The notes under the pieces were generated by a model. That model saw only the letters and a program-made list of their open reading frames with translations, did no database searches and was not told the DNA's origin. Both the position numbers and the translations under genes were made by a program. A stretch of DNA of 64,000 nt from Perkinsus chesapeaki ATCC PRA-425 (Eukaryota; Protista; Perkinsozoa), in the NCBI GenBank assembly GCA_013115145.1, contig JAAPAO010000026.1, forward strand, positions 60,694-124,693. Reading direction: 5' to 3'. The number at the start of each line of letters is the position of its first letter. The stretch's first letter is position 1. Shown one piece after another: positions 36,735 to 50,446 of this stretch.

Positions 36735-39700
36735 CTACTCCTTGGAGAAAACGATCATCCCTTTGAGGTGGCTACCCTTGTCTTCATCACTTTCCGAATC
36801 AGTGGAGGCAGTCGTAGGCTCCAGAGCTCTGAATGATAGAAGGTCTCGACTAGCAATGATCGCCTCGTTTTTTGAGGTTCGTTTACGAGAAGTGTAACTT
36901 ACGGGAGCACAATACTGGCTCGGTGCAGCATAGACTTCCTGGGGCTCAGCGAGGATGATGCTGGTGATAGCGTCAATCGAAGAGTCTGCCTTGATGCTTG
37001 GTGATGTAGAGTGCTGTTACCTATGTTACGGTGAGCGGGTACGAAGAGTACCGCGGCGCTTACCATACTGAGCACTCGCTACGTTACCGTCATCGGGAAC
37101 CTGCTCCTGAGAGGCCATCTGAAACATAGGCAAATTCGTATGTAAATAGCCGTCTGCCCCCGACCTCATCGCCGGCAGCAGCCTCCATCTGAAGATCATT
37201 GAGAGGAAACTCTTCGGGCAGAGCATGGGGAACCATGGGGGCACGGAATGAGGGAGATCTGGAAATATGATGCACGAATGTTGTAGGCCTTTAGACCCTA
37301 CCTCAGGAACTGTTTCTCGGCATACCCCATCAACGAGTCACCCTTTGGCCTTTCACCCTGCATGATCTTCCACTCTTCTTGATAAGTTCGGACACGGAAC
37401 CTGAACACTTAAGTGGGAGGTCAACTCAATAATGTAATCGCACTTATGTCTGATGCTCGGAACGTTGGTCTTGTGCACGTCATTACGGGAACGATCCAGT
37501 GATCCTACCCAGTGAACCTTGTCATCGTCGGGGAACCTTGAAAATACTTGCATCACGTTACTCGTGGCAAGTAATGAATTCGCAGACCCGACTTCTGCTC
37601 ACCCGGACATTAAGACAGAATTCCTCGCAATCTCGCACATGTCGACAGAATTCAGGCGCCAAACCTAAGGACATGGAATAGTGATGATCAAATCGTAATG
37701 AGTTACTTCACGATAAAGGTATCGGAAGCATGAGGACGCGTTAGGACTCACCTGCTTGGCGATGCTGTATTCCTCTACCAGTGGTTCTCTAGTCTGATGG
37801 AACATGAGAGGATCATCACTCGACAAGCTAACATTGAGCCCTCTGGCGAAGAATGCCGGGAAGGGATTTTTGTTATAAGAGAGAAACAGTTGATTGTTGG
37901 AGCATGGTGATACGGCAAGACCTAATTGAAAGTCCATCAATGAAGTGGTGACTGTGCCTGAGGCTGTTACCAATTTGAGCAAGGTAGAAGAGATACTGAA
38001 GCACGGGGCTTTTCCTGAGATTGATGCCATGGGAAATGTTATGAGCAAGCAGGAAGGCCGTGTCAAGGTGGTGGATCTCTCCAGCCTCACCGCAATGGGG
38101 TCTGAGTACGATAGCGTGCAACCTGCAATCTTAGGCGCATGGTGATTGCATGCACCCATTTACCATGCAGGATGCAAGTTCATACCTGAAATCGAAAGGC
38201 CTGAGGCCACGGTGTTCTCTGAGCATGTTCAGGACACGAATGTTGGCATAAATATAGTAACTGAAGAAATAACGAAGGTCGTCGGGACTAATTGGTTGTT
38301 CGACCACCGCATGAAAGGTGCAGGATTTACCTGTAATATTTGTAGCTCGGGTTATCCGCCAGGTTCCATTGTTCGGGAGTCACGTGACGGCTGGAAAAGT
38401 TACGATCGTTCGGCATGGGAGACTTGGACTCATCGTCGACAGTGTCGAATCCAGAAACCTTGCCAGAAATTGTACCCGAAATAGCCAAATGAGTTCATCC
38501 GACGTACTTGGTCCATAAACTTGTACACCTCTGGGTGCCCCTCGGGATCAAAGGTCGCCTCGAAAAGCGGCTCAAAGATGTTTGACAAGAAATCTTGGAA
38601 AGTGTCGATCTGAACGTTCCGTCTTACGCCTACAGACTATTGGGAAGGTACCTCCCCGTTCTTCTTGTATATCGAATAAAGGCGAGGAATCTGGATCATC
38701 CATCGATTGTTCTCATGGATAAGGTTGTGGTTCAGCACCCACTAAGTGAAGCATTATGATGGTGAAGTTCCAAGCTATTATTCTACACGTGACAGCTTAA
38801 GCCACTCATCTCTCGATCGACCGTAAATGGACAAGCGCCATTCCGTATTCTGATACTTGTTATCCTTCAGATCGTCGAGTAGTTCTCTCGTGAGTTCTGC
38901 GAGGTAACTGTGCGGGAAGGGGGTAAGGTCAATTTCCGCGGGCGATAATTACCGGCCGCCCATGTAGTTGTCGGTTTTGAGGAAGATTGTGCGAAGCATT
39001 GGCTCTCCGAGTGGAGAGTACTTCGCATTGAATCGGTCAAATCTGAAGTACCAGTTGGTAGCGCAGAGAGAATGCAATTGGTAAACCTATAAAGCGTGCT
39101 CTTATCCGCGAGAACGTTGAGTTTGTCCAGTGACAGATCGTACGGTTTTACTCCCAGCTGGTCGAATACCTGTCGGAGATATGTTGAGAAGGATTTCCTG
39201 CTACGCGGTTACCTGGCCTAGCGTTTTTCCTGGTAAGACTTCATCGTCAGGATGATTGGCCACTTTACGTTTAATGAATCGCAAAAGGTGCTTCGCTAAA
39301 AATACTGGTAACCAAGCTTACACCGATCTGAAGCCCTTACCGTTCATAGCAGCAGAGTGATGAATATGAGTGTCAACCTTCCTAACGTTGTAGAAGTCCC
39401 GATGCGGGATGGCTCCACACTGGGTGTTCTCCTATCAAGCAAGCCATTGAACATTGTTCTTTGAGGACTTGATTATAGCGACTTCGTCTATGCATCAAGT
39501 GAGAATGATAGCGAAGATCACAGCCGCGGCGTTAAGTGACAGAGGAGAGGATCGAGAAGTACAATCGAGAAGTAGATGGACCTACCTGCTCTGAACAGGT
39601 CATTCCATAGAGCTCAAACTTCGTCTCTAGCATCCTCAGGCGAAGGAAAGCAAAGCTCGCTGTAGGGCCAGATGTACGTATCCTGAAAGCAGCTCTCGTT

Positions 39701-40259
39701 TGTATAACTCATGAAGCGTATAGTCCGTTGCCGCCGTATGGGTGATTAGTTCAAACCCACCTGAATAATGTATTCATATCATCATAATAATCTGCTAATG
39801 TCGGTATCTCAAAGGTCTCATCATGTTGCGTTGGATTGTCGACATCGCTATATATATGATAAACCCCTTCTTCGAGGGAAAACCATCCAGGGATTTTGGC
39901 TGAGTAGAAGAGAAAACACTGGTCAACAGCAGGTACGATCAGCCGCCATTTTGCGAAAGATATTCCTGCGGCACAGCAAGGGGCCAGCATACGGCTAACG
40001 GTCGCAGAAAACGGAGCTGTCGAGGACAGCGGAACTCACTATTAGGTGAGACGTAGCGGATGTGGGGTGAGAGTTCGATGGACCGACGACTTCCTTGCGA
40101 ATAGTCATGAATCTGAGATTAAAATAACAAAGCGTAGGTGAAGTTGGAGGTTGAAGCAAGGAAACGTACACCAACTCCAATGTACTTTTCTCTCAGAGAA
40201 AGCGCTTCTTGCAGATCGACGTACACCGCGTCGAGCTGACCTTCCGTACCCGATGACAT
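36735..40259 (-). CDS. AMPD: AMP deaminase, multi-exon
   Basis: [69 protein letters not shown]. 3' end approximate. Confidence 0.95.
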
Positions 40260-41116
40260 GGGCTAGAATGCCAGAATACAAAACAGCTGAGCCTGTAAGT
40301 GGATATACAGCCGATTGAACAGGTCGCCTATTTTGCCTAAGATCTCTACCGTGGGCAGGAAGAACTCCCAATGGTGAGTCTGAATATTCGGCGTCGCAAT
40401 CCCACGAGGACAGGACTCCGGAGAAACGGCCCTCATATAGGGCTTGCTTTGGTAACGCATGCTTACGCTAGTAGAATGCAACGCAACTTCTGCTATATAG
40501 GTATACCGATAGCCGGCAATAGAAACTATTTTGTTGTTTCGGAGTGCGACCAGCCGGTTCCGCCTGTAGCCTAGAGTAATTCTAGGTAATACCAGGCTAC
40601 GCAGCATGTGCTGTAATGAATGCCTTTAGCTACTGGCGCACTGGAGCGCTTGAGACCGCTTATTAATCTCCCGCAATGATCTCGAGGTGAGGATTCATAT
40701 GGCATCTTCACATTCGAGCTCTGGAGTTGAATGAATGAAGAAGAAAAATTCATCAGTAATTCCAGGGCTCTCAGTGCTACTTTTTTAAGGTCTATGGTTC
40801 CCTGCACGCGTCCTCGCGGAAAGCACTCGGAGCCTATTCCACCATCGGGCGAGAATACGGCAATATCGAGATTTTGGCGAAGTGCGTGCCAGACTACTTT
40901 GCATATAGAAGCAGCACACTATCCTGCGAGTCGACGAGAGCAACTGCTGTAGAACTATGTATACACAGGCGACACGGTTCACCCAAAAGCAGCTGCAGCT
41001 GTATGTAGCTGAGGGCATACGTAAAAGCAGAGCTGCACTGCAGATGCTGCAGTGCCGTAGTTGTCCAAAACTACGGGATTACCAAGTAATTCCCGGCAGG
41101 TTGTTGCAGAACCTAA

Positions 41117-42246
41117 ATGACTATCGGGTCGCTCAATACTGCGGTTCTAGCTTTGTTGACTATCGCTGTCGCTCCGGGCGTCGAGGGCTTCGGACTGTTT
41201 GTCAAGGAAGTGGCAAGTTACCTCAATAGAGACGGGTACGACCTCACTGACTTTTACTTCTTACATGCTGTAACTGACTTCATATTTGATGGTGCTTCCA
41301 TCCGAAGAGATAATGTTATCGACACTGAAGGCTTCGAGATCAGAGGAAGGAATCCCCGTGATGCTATAGAGAAGGCGGCCAAGGCCCACCCCGGAGTTCG
41401 AGGAGTCCTCGCGGTGAGCACCAGCGCTTCGCTCCTACCACCTCGCAACCTATCAAGAGACGATCTGCGTGCTAACCTCAAGGCCACGTTGGAAAGTTCT
41501 GGGCTCGATGGGATACATATCGTGCCAGACTGGCATTTCATTTCTGATGATGATCCCGGCCTGCGAGAACTCTCGAAGATCTTTGAAGGCCTCCAAGTGA
41601 AGGCTCTGGATGGGACGATGAAAACCATCAAGATATCTATTGAGTAAGACAGACGAGCCAAACGCCATGCCATCGGTAAGCTTCGCAGGTTCCCATGCGA
41701 CCCCGACTATATGGTGAAGATCCAGACAGACAGAACGTGGAACGGTACCTTTGACAACCTCGTCTGCATGATAACGTGGGGGAATCCTCCTCACACTGGT
41801 CAGCCTGGTGAGAAGGCTCTAACCATCCATCACGCAGCCGAGATGGGAAAGGCATTCGTCCATCTGGCCGGACAACAGATCAAAGAGAAACTGGTATTCA
41901 GTGTAAGCTTACTGGGTGGACAGGATCATATTGAGCCACACGACCTTGGTGTCGAACTAGTACAAGTTTGACCTGTCAGGTTCAACCAGTTGGGTTGGCT
42001 AATAGAACCACATTATGGAACTCTCAAAAAAGACTAATTGAAAAAGGCGCAGACCCGACTAAAGAGGATAGCTTCGTTGACCCCTCAGACAGGGAGACCT
42101 ACTACTTTTATTCCCTCGAGAGCATCAAGCAACAGTACAATTTCTTCAAAGATGAGCCAGTCGCTGGCTTCATGCTCGACCGTCCACACCTCGACGTCCC
42201 CCCTACAAATAGTAAGTCCCTTCTTAGTGCTCTTAATGCTCAGTGA
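41117..42246 (+). CDS. Secreted GH18 chitinase-like protein, probably catalytically inactive
   Basis: Signal peptide. GLDGIHIVPDW occupies the DxxDxDxE position. C-terminal YYFYSLESIKQQYNFFKDEPVAGFMLD. Confidence 0.62.
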
Positions 42247-44266
42247 CTAAAGCCCATGTGAAGCATGCCCTGAGAACTTCCCCAACATTAAACCTCAGCT
42301 ACATGGGTACTTCATTAACACCACTCGCGGAGGGCATCATGAATGCTACCCACCAGTGGCCATCTCAATAGCCAGCTGCACTAGGTGGTAAAGCTCACTG
42401 CTGAACACCATTAGTAGCAAATATCATCTCTTTTCGTGTCGAAGTATTGTGTTCAATAACTTACGCGTTCCGTGATATTCCTGTCTAACTACAACACACC
42501 TCTCAAGGCAACGGACTACGAGGTTTCACTTCTGGATGGCCCGAACACTTTCCGCCACAATGATTTGATCCATGACCCGGCATATGCGTTGTGTAGTCAC
42601 CTAGTCGATGGATTTTCGAACGGCAATGGATCCTGCGTTTTTCCTGGTAGGAGCTCTACCGATGCAGTAACGTAAAGCAGCCTGTCATCCCGACGACAAC
42701 GACTAAGTCCTACTGTAGGACCCTCCCGTCCTACCGTACAAGCTCATACGAATCCCATTACTAGCCCTCACATGAAGAAACCGACTACTATTATGCTCAT
42801 CAAAGGATGATGCACCAGAACGACAACAATAAGCCGATCAGTGGCCTGGCAGTCCACGTCTCAGCGTTCCCTCTATGGGCACTACGTGAGCCCTTCACGT
42901 GAGCTCTCCGTGATTGTAGGCTATGCCCTACTCAGGTGAAGAATATCGGAGGTAGCTGTCAGTCGTCGGACTGACACTCATCATCACATGAGTGCATGTT
43001 GTCAAGGACAAATAAGGGCTAGTTTTCCCACCCGTTGAACCACCCTTCTCCGAGGTCGCGTGTATGAGTCCCATTAGATTAGCGACAAATGCTGCTGCTG
43101 TACATGGGATTCAAGACTATACTCAACAACACTGGGTAGTTCAACAGTCCACTGTAGAACATGATTAAGATCTGTATGATGTATGTGAGTGAGTCTTGTG
43201 ATATATCAATAACCCATCTAAAGCTAAACCCTGAAGACCTTTTAAAGATATGTTGGCTACCTTTGTTGACCTTTCCAGATATATCGTCTTGGCCGTAGTT
43301 TCTATCATCTGTTTTTATGAGCTCTCCCTCGACCACTCCTCCTTTTGACCTTAACAGATTCGTTAGTATTAGGATCACTTCATCGTCGTTCTGAAGGTTA
43401 GTGTGCGCAGTTACGATAGCCGGACTGACTGGAACTGTGAAGGTACCTTGTCGTGCTCCATAGTAGAAAGAATCTTCAAAGGGGTCGCACCACTACTGAA
43501 AAAACCATGGCGCTGCGTGCGCGTCGTTTGATAACGAGCTTATGCCCACCAATGTCCGATGTTGGGTCGAGCTCCTAGAGCGAGCAGCTCGAAAGCCAGA
43601 GGAGGGTTACGCTTCTTCACAGCGATGCCCAACGGAGATAAGCCACACATGTCAGAGCTGAAAGTCACTCATTAGGTACCGTGCGAGTCTAGGTGAGAAA
43701 TCGGTATCTAATCAGGGATCCATCAACAGCACCCATTACTCCTGACTGGTGCAGTAGGAGTTGATATCAATGTGGCAGCCTATCACTAGAGTTTGCAAGA
43801 CATGCTTCGAGTTGCTGAAGTTTGACGGTGTTGTACTTGCGCATATTTCATGGACCTGGAGTTGAACTAACCCGCTCTTGACAGAGTACGGTCAATACGA
43901 GATTCATGTAGTCAGGAACCCCTCGCACGAGGAGGCCGCCGTCATCCACAAGAATGCGCACAACAGTTGGATTTAATTTACTGGTACAGGCGTCAGCGAA
44001 CGCTTGGTGAACAATGGACGGTACCTGCCCACAAGACAGTGACCGAATGCCTATGCCGGAGAATCACCCACAAAGTCGCCAGGTTCGGCCGATAACAAAA
44101 TATCTTTCAGTTCCTCATTCGCTCCCTCTTTGCATGTCTTGCTCAATGCAAAGCTCGTCATATAACTAGAACAATCGCTGAGATATCAGTGCATATATGT
44201 ACATTGTACTGCATACAGTAATAATGAGAGAATTGGTTTGAAAAGTTTGCAAAGCCTCTGCGCAGA

Positions 44267-44760
44267 GTGTCGCGGCAACTTGTTGATGTAGTTTCAGAGC
44301 TGAGCAACCCGAACAAGTATCCTGACATTGCTGTGCTCATGACATATTTGCGAGACGAAGTGAACTATCGAGTAGGTCCGATAGAGAAGTCATGGAGATT
44401 CAGAATCTACTTCAATATCATTTTCATGAGTCAGAAAATTCCACTTGAGACATGCTGACAGTTTGCTTGACTTTGACTATGCTCAGATGGCTCCCCTTCC
44501 TGACCCACCTATCCTGCCATGCGATGGGATCCTCAACCTTGAGTCTTCGAAGTCGTTCCTCCTCGTCCTCAGCGCTTATGTACTGGAGTACTTTCTTAAA
44601 TATATTTACTGTAAAATAATATTACTCATTTCGGAGAAGCAAATGTGTTCCCGATTACCGACCTGGTGCGGAGAAATCAGAAGTACTCACAGAAAGCTCG
44701 GCCAGTGTTTTCGTCAAGAGTCTGATTGAAGTGATGAGATATCTACTGAATGCGGGTAAG
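44267..44760 (+). CDS. Fragments of a hypothetical multi-exon gene
   Basis: Open exons ending at GT donors (e.g. SASVFVKSLIEVMRYLLNA|gtaag). No domain recognised. Confidence 0.3.
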
Positions 44761-45801
44761 CTCTCCACGGACATCCCCAGTACTACTATAACACAAAACA
44801 GAGGATTGTTTGCAACGCAGTGTACGCACCGCGGACTTCACGTGCATGTAGAAGTATATAACCCTCTAAGAGCAAATTGCTACTAATTTCCTGATAATAG
44901 TCCCAAGCAATAAGATCATCGTAACAACATAGGTATCATCCACATCGGGGCATGCGAACAACCTTTAGGATTCCCCGAAGCCGTTTCGAGCAGCTTGCAA
45001 TAGGATAGACAGACTTCAAAGAGTACGACAGAAAACAATGGTAAGGAATGGTAGAAGAAGAACACTTAACGTTTAAGATATTGCCGATCTCAACAGGGTC
45101 GCAGAAGGATGTGGAGGAGGGTAACTATCGCCAGTAATAATGAATAATAAGAAAGCTAATGGGTAGTGGCAACACGAGCAACCAGCATTCGGCAGTGGAG
45201 GAGGAGGAGGAATAGTCCTGAGGGCCAAGATAAGCCCTTGCAGCTTAGAGGTTTTACCTTATCTATCACGAAGGTAGCATGCATGTTGCTCCATCTTTCT
45301 TTATCAAACTGCCAGCTAGAGGTGTCAGACAGAATTGGTTGCTCCTATGATTCTCATTCTCCTTATCGCCTTCCCAATGGGCATGCTCTTCATTCCCATC
45401 ACAAGTCGTATCAATGGTTTTCCTGAGCAAGTGTAACCCTCATTGGCCATACACTCGTACCCTTCCTCAATGGTGTTCAATGCAGAAGGCATGTTATTCC
45501 CGGAAATGTATCGGAAAGGGGAAGCACCTCCGGCAGCCGAGAAGGGGGAGTAGCCCTCCTGAGTGGTACCTGCTTCAGGACAACACTGCTCCCCAATAAG
45601 TTTTCATCGAGGCTCTGCTCGACCACAAGAATCCCCTTCGACACGCATCAAAGAATACATTTGCGCTGCACGCCGAAAACTCGATGGACTACTTCCGATG
45701 ATACATCAAATTTGAAATTATTAATATTATTCATGAAGAATATTATTAGTAAAATTGATATGAGCTGATTCCTCAAATTCTCAAGTCCAGACTTCGCTTT
45801 T

Positions 45802-48160
45802 CTAAGTTTTAATGATTATAACACTTGAAGTGTGAGCTCCAAAGTAGCCAAATGAGACGAACAGTGAACTCGAGTGAATGTCGGCCGGCCTACATGTGGC
45901 AACACTTGGTGAATCATCGGCCATCAACAGCATCTCCATCTCAGGGCTCAAAAGAGAATTGCTTGTTGCATTGTGCTGGTGCGTTGTAGGCAGCCAAAGA
46001 CTTCCAGACAAAGCGCCAAGGGTCGATTCAACCAAGAGGCGTTGAGCAGTAGAATCATTGTCACCAGCAACTTGGCCCTCACTGGAGATGCATGCTGCCA
46101 AAGCGATGGCTTCACATGCCGATATCAATGCATCACTAGCAGACTGTCTCACGCCTGAAGATTACGCGATTTCCACAGACCAGAAAAGGACAGCATCCTC
46201 ACAGATCTCACTGTTAGCAGCAGCAGCATCAGCAGCTGTGGTGTTTGATCGCTTCGTTGGAAGCTCCTCAGCAACACTGCACGAATCGCCCGAAAGCCTT
46301 TTGCGTCCGGATTCAGGCTCAAAAGCAGCCAAGCTGCCACCACCCAGATCACCTAGCATGGAGCCTAGTATCAGCTCCTGGCCGCCCCTCCATACCGGGT
46401 GAATGACAGCTCATTGCCGAAAGAGGCCCGCTTGCTGGCGCCGCTCCTCCCGCACCATCCACAGGCGACGAGTGCTGAAGTCTGAGAGGAGGATATCAGC
46501 ACGATGCTAATAGGAGAAGAATTTCTGATCGCAAAATTCTGATCGATTCTTGCAGCTCCACCGCTCACAAATTCTGTGGCTCGAGCGAGTAGATATCCCA
46601 ACACCTATACAAGCAGGTCTTACCCTTCAGCAAACGTGGCATCTAGACCCTCAATGCAGGAGGCAACATTTGCCGCCGTCGCTCCAAGAGGCTCTCCGGA
46701 GCACCGTTGAAGATACCCGTTTAATGCCGCTGATTGAGCACGGTTGTCCGCCAAATCCGCGTTTAACTGAAACACAACGTAATACGGAGCGGAGGTCTCT
46801 TCCTACTGCGTCGAGTTGAGAATGCCATGCGGTTGAAGCTATCATTCTCGGACTTCCCTCGGCCTCAGGCTCCCTCGACGACTCTGAAATGCTCACCAAG
46901 GACAGGCGGTGGTCATCGCCTAATAAATAGCTGCATGAGGAATATGCCTCGGATACTTACCGTATTGATCTGCGCTGTTGACGCTGGGATCACCTGGAGA
47001 GGAAGGGTAACAGCTGAGATCAGCTGCAGTATTGGACGCCCAGTTGTAGAAGAGCGACATGTCCACCTCTAACAGCAACCACATGCCAGATGCGCTCATT
47101 TTACAACAGCCAATAGGTACCCCCATTAGAGCAGCCACTATTGGCATCCTCCTGTCCCATGATAGCGGATCTTCTCACAGGTGCCAGCGTGCCTTCATCG
47201 ACACCAGAACTGCGCTGTTGCCCTTAAAACAAGCGTACAAACTCGTGCTCATGTCCGCTATATACCATTCAGTTTCTTCACTGCAGCTGCTTCTTCACCA
47301 TCCTTGGCGGCGATACTCTCACGGCCAACCTTGCGAGAATTCCTGCGAACTGTTGAATACCTGAAACCATTTCCTACTAACACCGAACCCCAAGTCACAA
47401 GCTTCCAATATAGGTTCCTAGACATTGAAATATTCGTGTACACTAATCATTAAAGGTAATCGACTGAGTATCCCCCACAATGAAAGCATCATCCACAGTA
47501 CCATAGATTCTTAATAGCATTATCAGTTCTTCCCGGAAGTAGCTTCGCAATCTCCGCCCATCGATTGCCGAATCTCCGATGCGCCTCAAATATGATTCTG
47601 TGCTCCTCGCTCGTCCATGGTCTCTTGTCAACCTGATATACCCTTCAGCAGCCCACCTCATCGCCGAAGCTCCTACTTGAGGATCTAGATGATTGTGCCA
47701 TCTTTCTCGGCATTGTTTCGCCGTCCTTGCAGCATAGCATCCACCGGAGGCTACATTAACTTGTGCTAGAGCCTCGGCTATCATGGTCCAGTTGCGTGTC
47801 CCGCTGTTTTGCACCATGTCTCTGACAAAGCCGTGGCATAGCGCTCGCGTCTATAGTACTAACCTGATAATGTTGTCCTCATGAGCCTCCCAGATCCTCC
47901 TATCGCTGGTATTCATTGACCCTATCAAAAACGAAATATCAGCTCCGAGGGAGCAAGCAAATCTCGACGGGGAAGAAAGCCCCAGGTAGGCGAATGAGAT
48001 ATTTTAACAATAAGACGTTATGACCTCGGCTGCTGTTGCTTGTCCTTGAAGAGTTGCCAATAGGCCGTCGTCGAGCAGTGGCGGCAGCAGCAACTCCCTG
48101 CTGCTGCGGTTCACTGCCTCTTGGACGAAGATGGTGATGTTCATTACTCGCCGCGAACAT
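45802..48160 (-). CDS. MYB: R2R3-Myb transcription factor
   Basis: [28 protein letters not shown]...[16 protein letters not shown] and [37 protein letters not shown]. Long low-complexity C-terminus; ends approximate. Confidence 0.88.
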
Positions 48161-48348
48161 TACTCACAATCTCCACTAACAAACACGCTGTTGACAACTT
48201 ATCAACACAAGTAGCCCGCTGCTATCACGAAGAAACGGCAATCCATACCGAGGCCATCGCTCCCGCACCCTGGCAGTTCTGGCAAACTGTTACGCGTACC
48301 TGGCAGAATTCGGGATGATTTGACAGGGACCTGCTGCGAGGTGCTGGA

Positions 48349-49170
48349 TTACTCGTAGTTGGGAGCAAAACGATACGCCTTCCTAATCTGCGGTCCTTCA
48401 ATGTAAGTGAGACCCTCGTTAAACTTGTACTGGTCCCATTGGCAGCGGCGCCACTCTGCACAAGGAAGAATAAGGTATACCAAGCAGTCCCTTTCCTACC
48501 ATCATTCCACTTGAAACACTTGGTAGCAGCCTCCTCCGTCTCAATCTCAGCCTGGGCAGTCAGCAAGCAGCGATACTCCTCGATGGCCAGGTACCTGCCA
48601 GGGGCCCAACTACAGGGGACCAGTGGCTTGTTTTAGTACTTGCAAGCGTCATCAGGGTCAGACTGATGGACCCTCTTGGCGTAATCAGCAGTGGCCTCGC
48701 GGATCTCATTCGACGTCCGTGGTTGAGCCTCGCTAGGGACCAAACCTACCAAGCTGCCTTGCCATCCAAGATATCTAGATCCCTACTTACCATAGTGCTT
48801 TCCAACTTCCTTCTCCCAGTCCGAACCGAACGTATGAGGCTTCGGCTTTGGTGGCACGGGCGCTGGAGGCTCCGGGCCGCCCCATATCTGTCCAACTATG
48901 ACCATCAACAGCTACCGCAGTGTCTACCTCTCCTAGGCCGCATTCCTTGACGATCTCATAGTTCTTCTCGGCCTCGGTCTTCGGTACTGCCTCATAAATG
49001 CGGTACCTAGTGAGACGGTAATGGCTAGAATGCTACAAGTGGTACCAAGTATCCGCATCGTAGCCTAAGTCAGCGTCAGAGTATTCCTTAGGCTTCTTCT
49101 CGGCGGCCTCTTTGGTCTCACACTGGACCTTGTTGGGAGCAAAAAGTCGATGGATGATGCTGCTCATCAT
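48349..49170 (-). CDS. Twin CX9C (CHCH) protein, about 205 aa, probably mitochondrial
   Basis: After removing GT-AG introns the reading is ...C-KYLAIEEYR-C-x16-C-FKWNDEWRR-C...RFAPNYE*. Confidence 0.75.
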
Positions 49171-49476
49171 CAAAGGGCGCAAGAAAGGCAAAAATACGTC
49201 CCTTGAATAATAACAGTCGATGCATCAGACAACAGGTATCGATATGGCGGGCGAGCCCGACTTGCTAGACATCATCTTCCTAAACTTGCCAGGCGCATGC
49301 TAAGCAAAATCTAATTGACAATCCGCCGTGGATGCGTTGAGGAAATACAAGATCTGCCAAGTCAGCAAGATATATCTATTTTGAAAGTTTAGTGTGTGCG
49401 TTCTGCCGATCTTTAACCTATGATTGCTGCTAAGTCACATAATCTTTTTCAGTAGCATTTATTGTCTCCTTAAAGC

Positions 49477-50446
49477 ATGCTACTCTCACGGGCTGGAGCA
49501 TTGAGGAGGTAGCAGCTTGTTTTGCTTGGTCACCTTATCTTTGTTTGCCAAGGTTTCCGCCCGCCGCTCCTGCTTACAATTTAACAGCTCAGCGCTTCAA
49601 GAGCTACTACGATGATTTCAAGGATCGTCTGAAGCCAGGAAAATACACTCATGGTCGTTGCCCTCAGAGCGAAGGTGATTATCGTCAGGAATCGAAAACC
49701 ATCGGAAGGTAGATCGTCTGCGCTGGTCTCATTTCTTCTATTGCTTTTGTCAGAGAGCATCTTAACGATGATGGTCTCCGCAGCAAAAGATACACTGTCA
49801 AGGAAGGTCGGCCTTTCAAGAACCCCTGTGTTCCTTTTACAAGGTTGTTATCATTTCAGCTGATGCTATGGGATATCATTATCATCCTCCGATTGACAGT
49901 AAGGGTCAAGTCTACGTCAAGGGGCCGAACACTGTTCATGAGAGAGGCCAGACTTGGATTAAAGGTTATGAGCTTCCCAGCATGGAGTAAGTCTGAAGGC
50001 TCATCTTCTAAGGAATCACCGTTGTCTATCGTGACTAATGTGGCCTGCCATCAGGTATACGTATGGTCCCAAGCAAGAGGATATTCCTTTCTATCCGAGA
50101 GTCAAGCTCAACGTCTGGGGTAAGCGGCTCTCGTGCAGGGTATATTTTTATAATGGGTTGGTTTCAGGTAACTACAACTTAGTGATGAAGGTTGAGTTCT
50201 TGTTCTTCTACCTGCCTACCATTATCATTTTTGGTGTCTGCATTCCTGTGTACACCATTAACTTTGCGCAGGAAGAAGTCATCTACACCACTATGACCGT
50301 TAAGGTTACTGGAAGGCAATGGTAAGGGGTTCTGGCTCGACTAAACTTCCGCTTATTTTCTATGGCATAGGTACTGGGTGTACGAGGTTGAGTCCCCCAC
50401 TGACGAAGAGGAGGAGGAAGAAGATGACGATGATGATGACGAGTGA
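49477..50446 (+). CDS. COX2A: Cytochrome c oxidase subunit 2A (nucleus-encoded N-terminal half of split cox2)
   Basis: Presequence MLLSRAGALRR, TM segment VEFLFFYLPTIIIFGVCIP, TVKVTGRQWYWVYE, then an acidic tail and stop with no CuA domain. Confidence 0.9.

Noticed and set aside
42250-45800. LTR retrotransposon or DNA transposon
   Set aside because: No RT (YxDD), integrase, gag zinc knuckle, transposase motif, LTRs or TIRs were recognisable.
49477-50446. cox2 as a mitochondrial insertion (NUMT)
   Set aside because: It has spliceosomal introns, a targeting presequence and the known myzozoan COX2A architecture, so it is a real nuclear gene.
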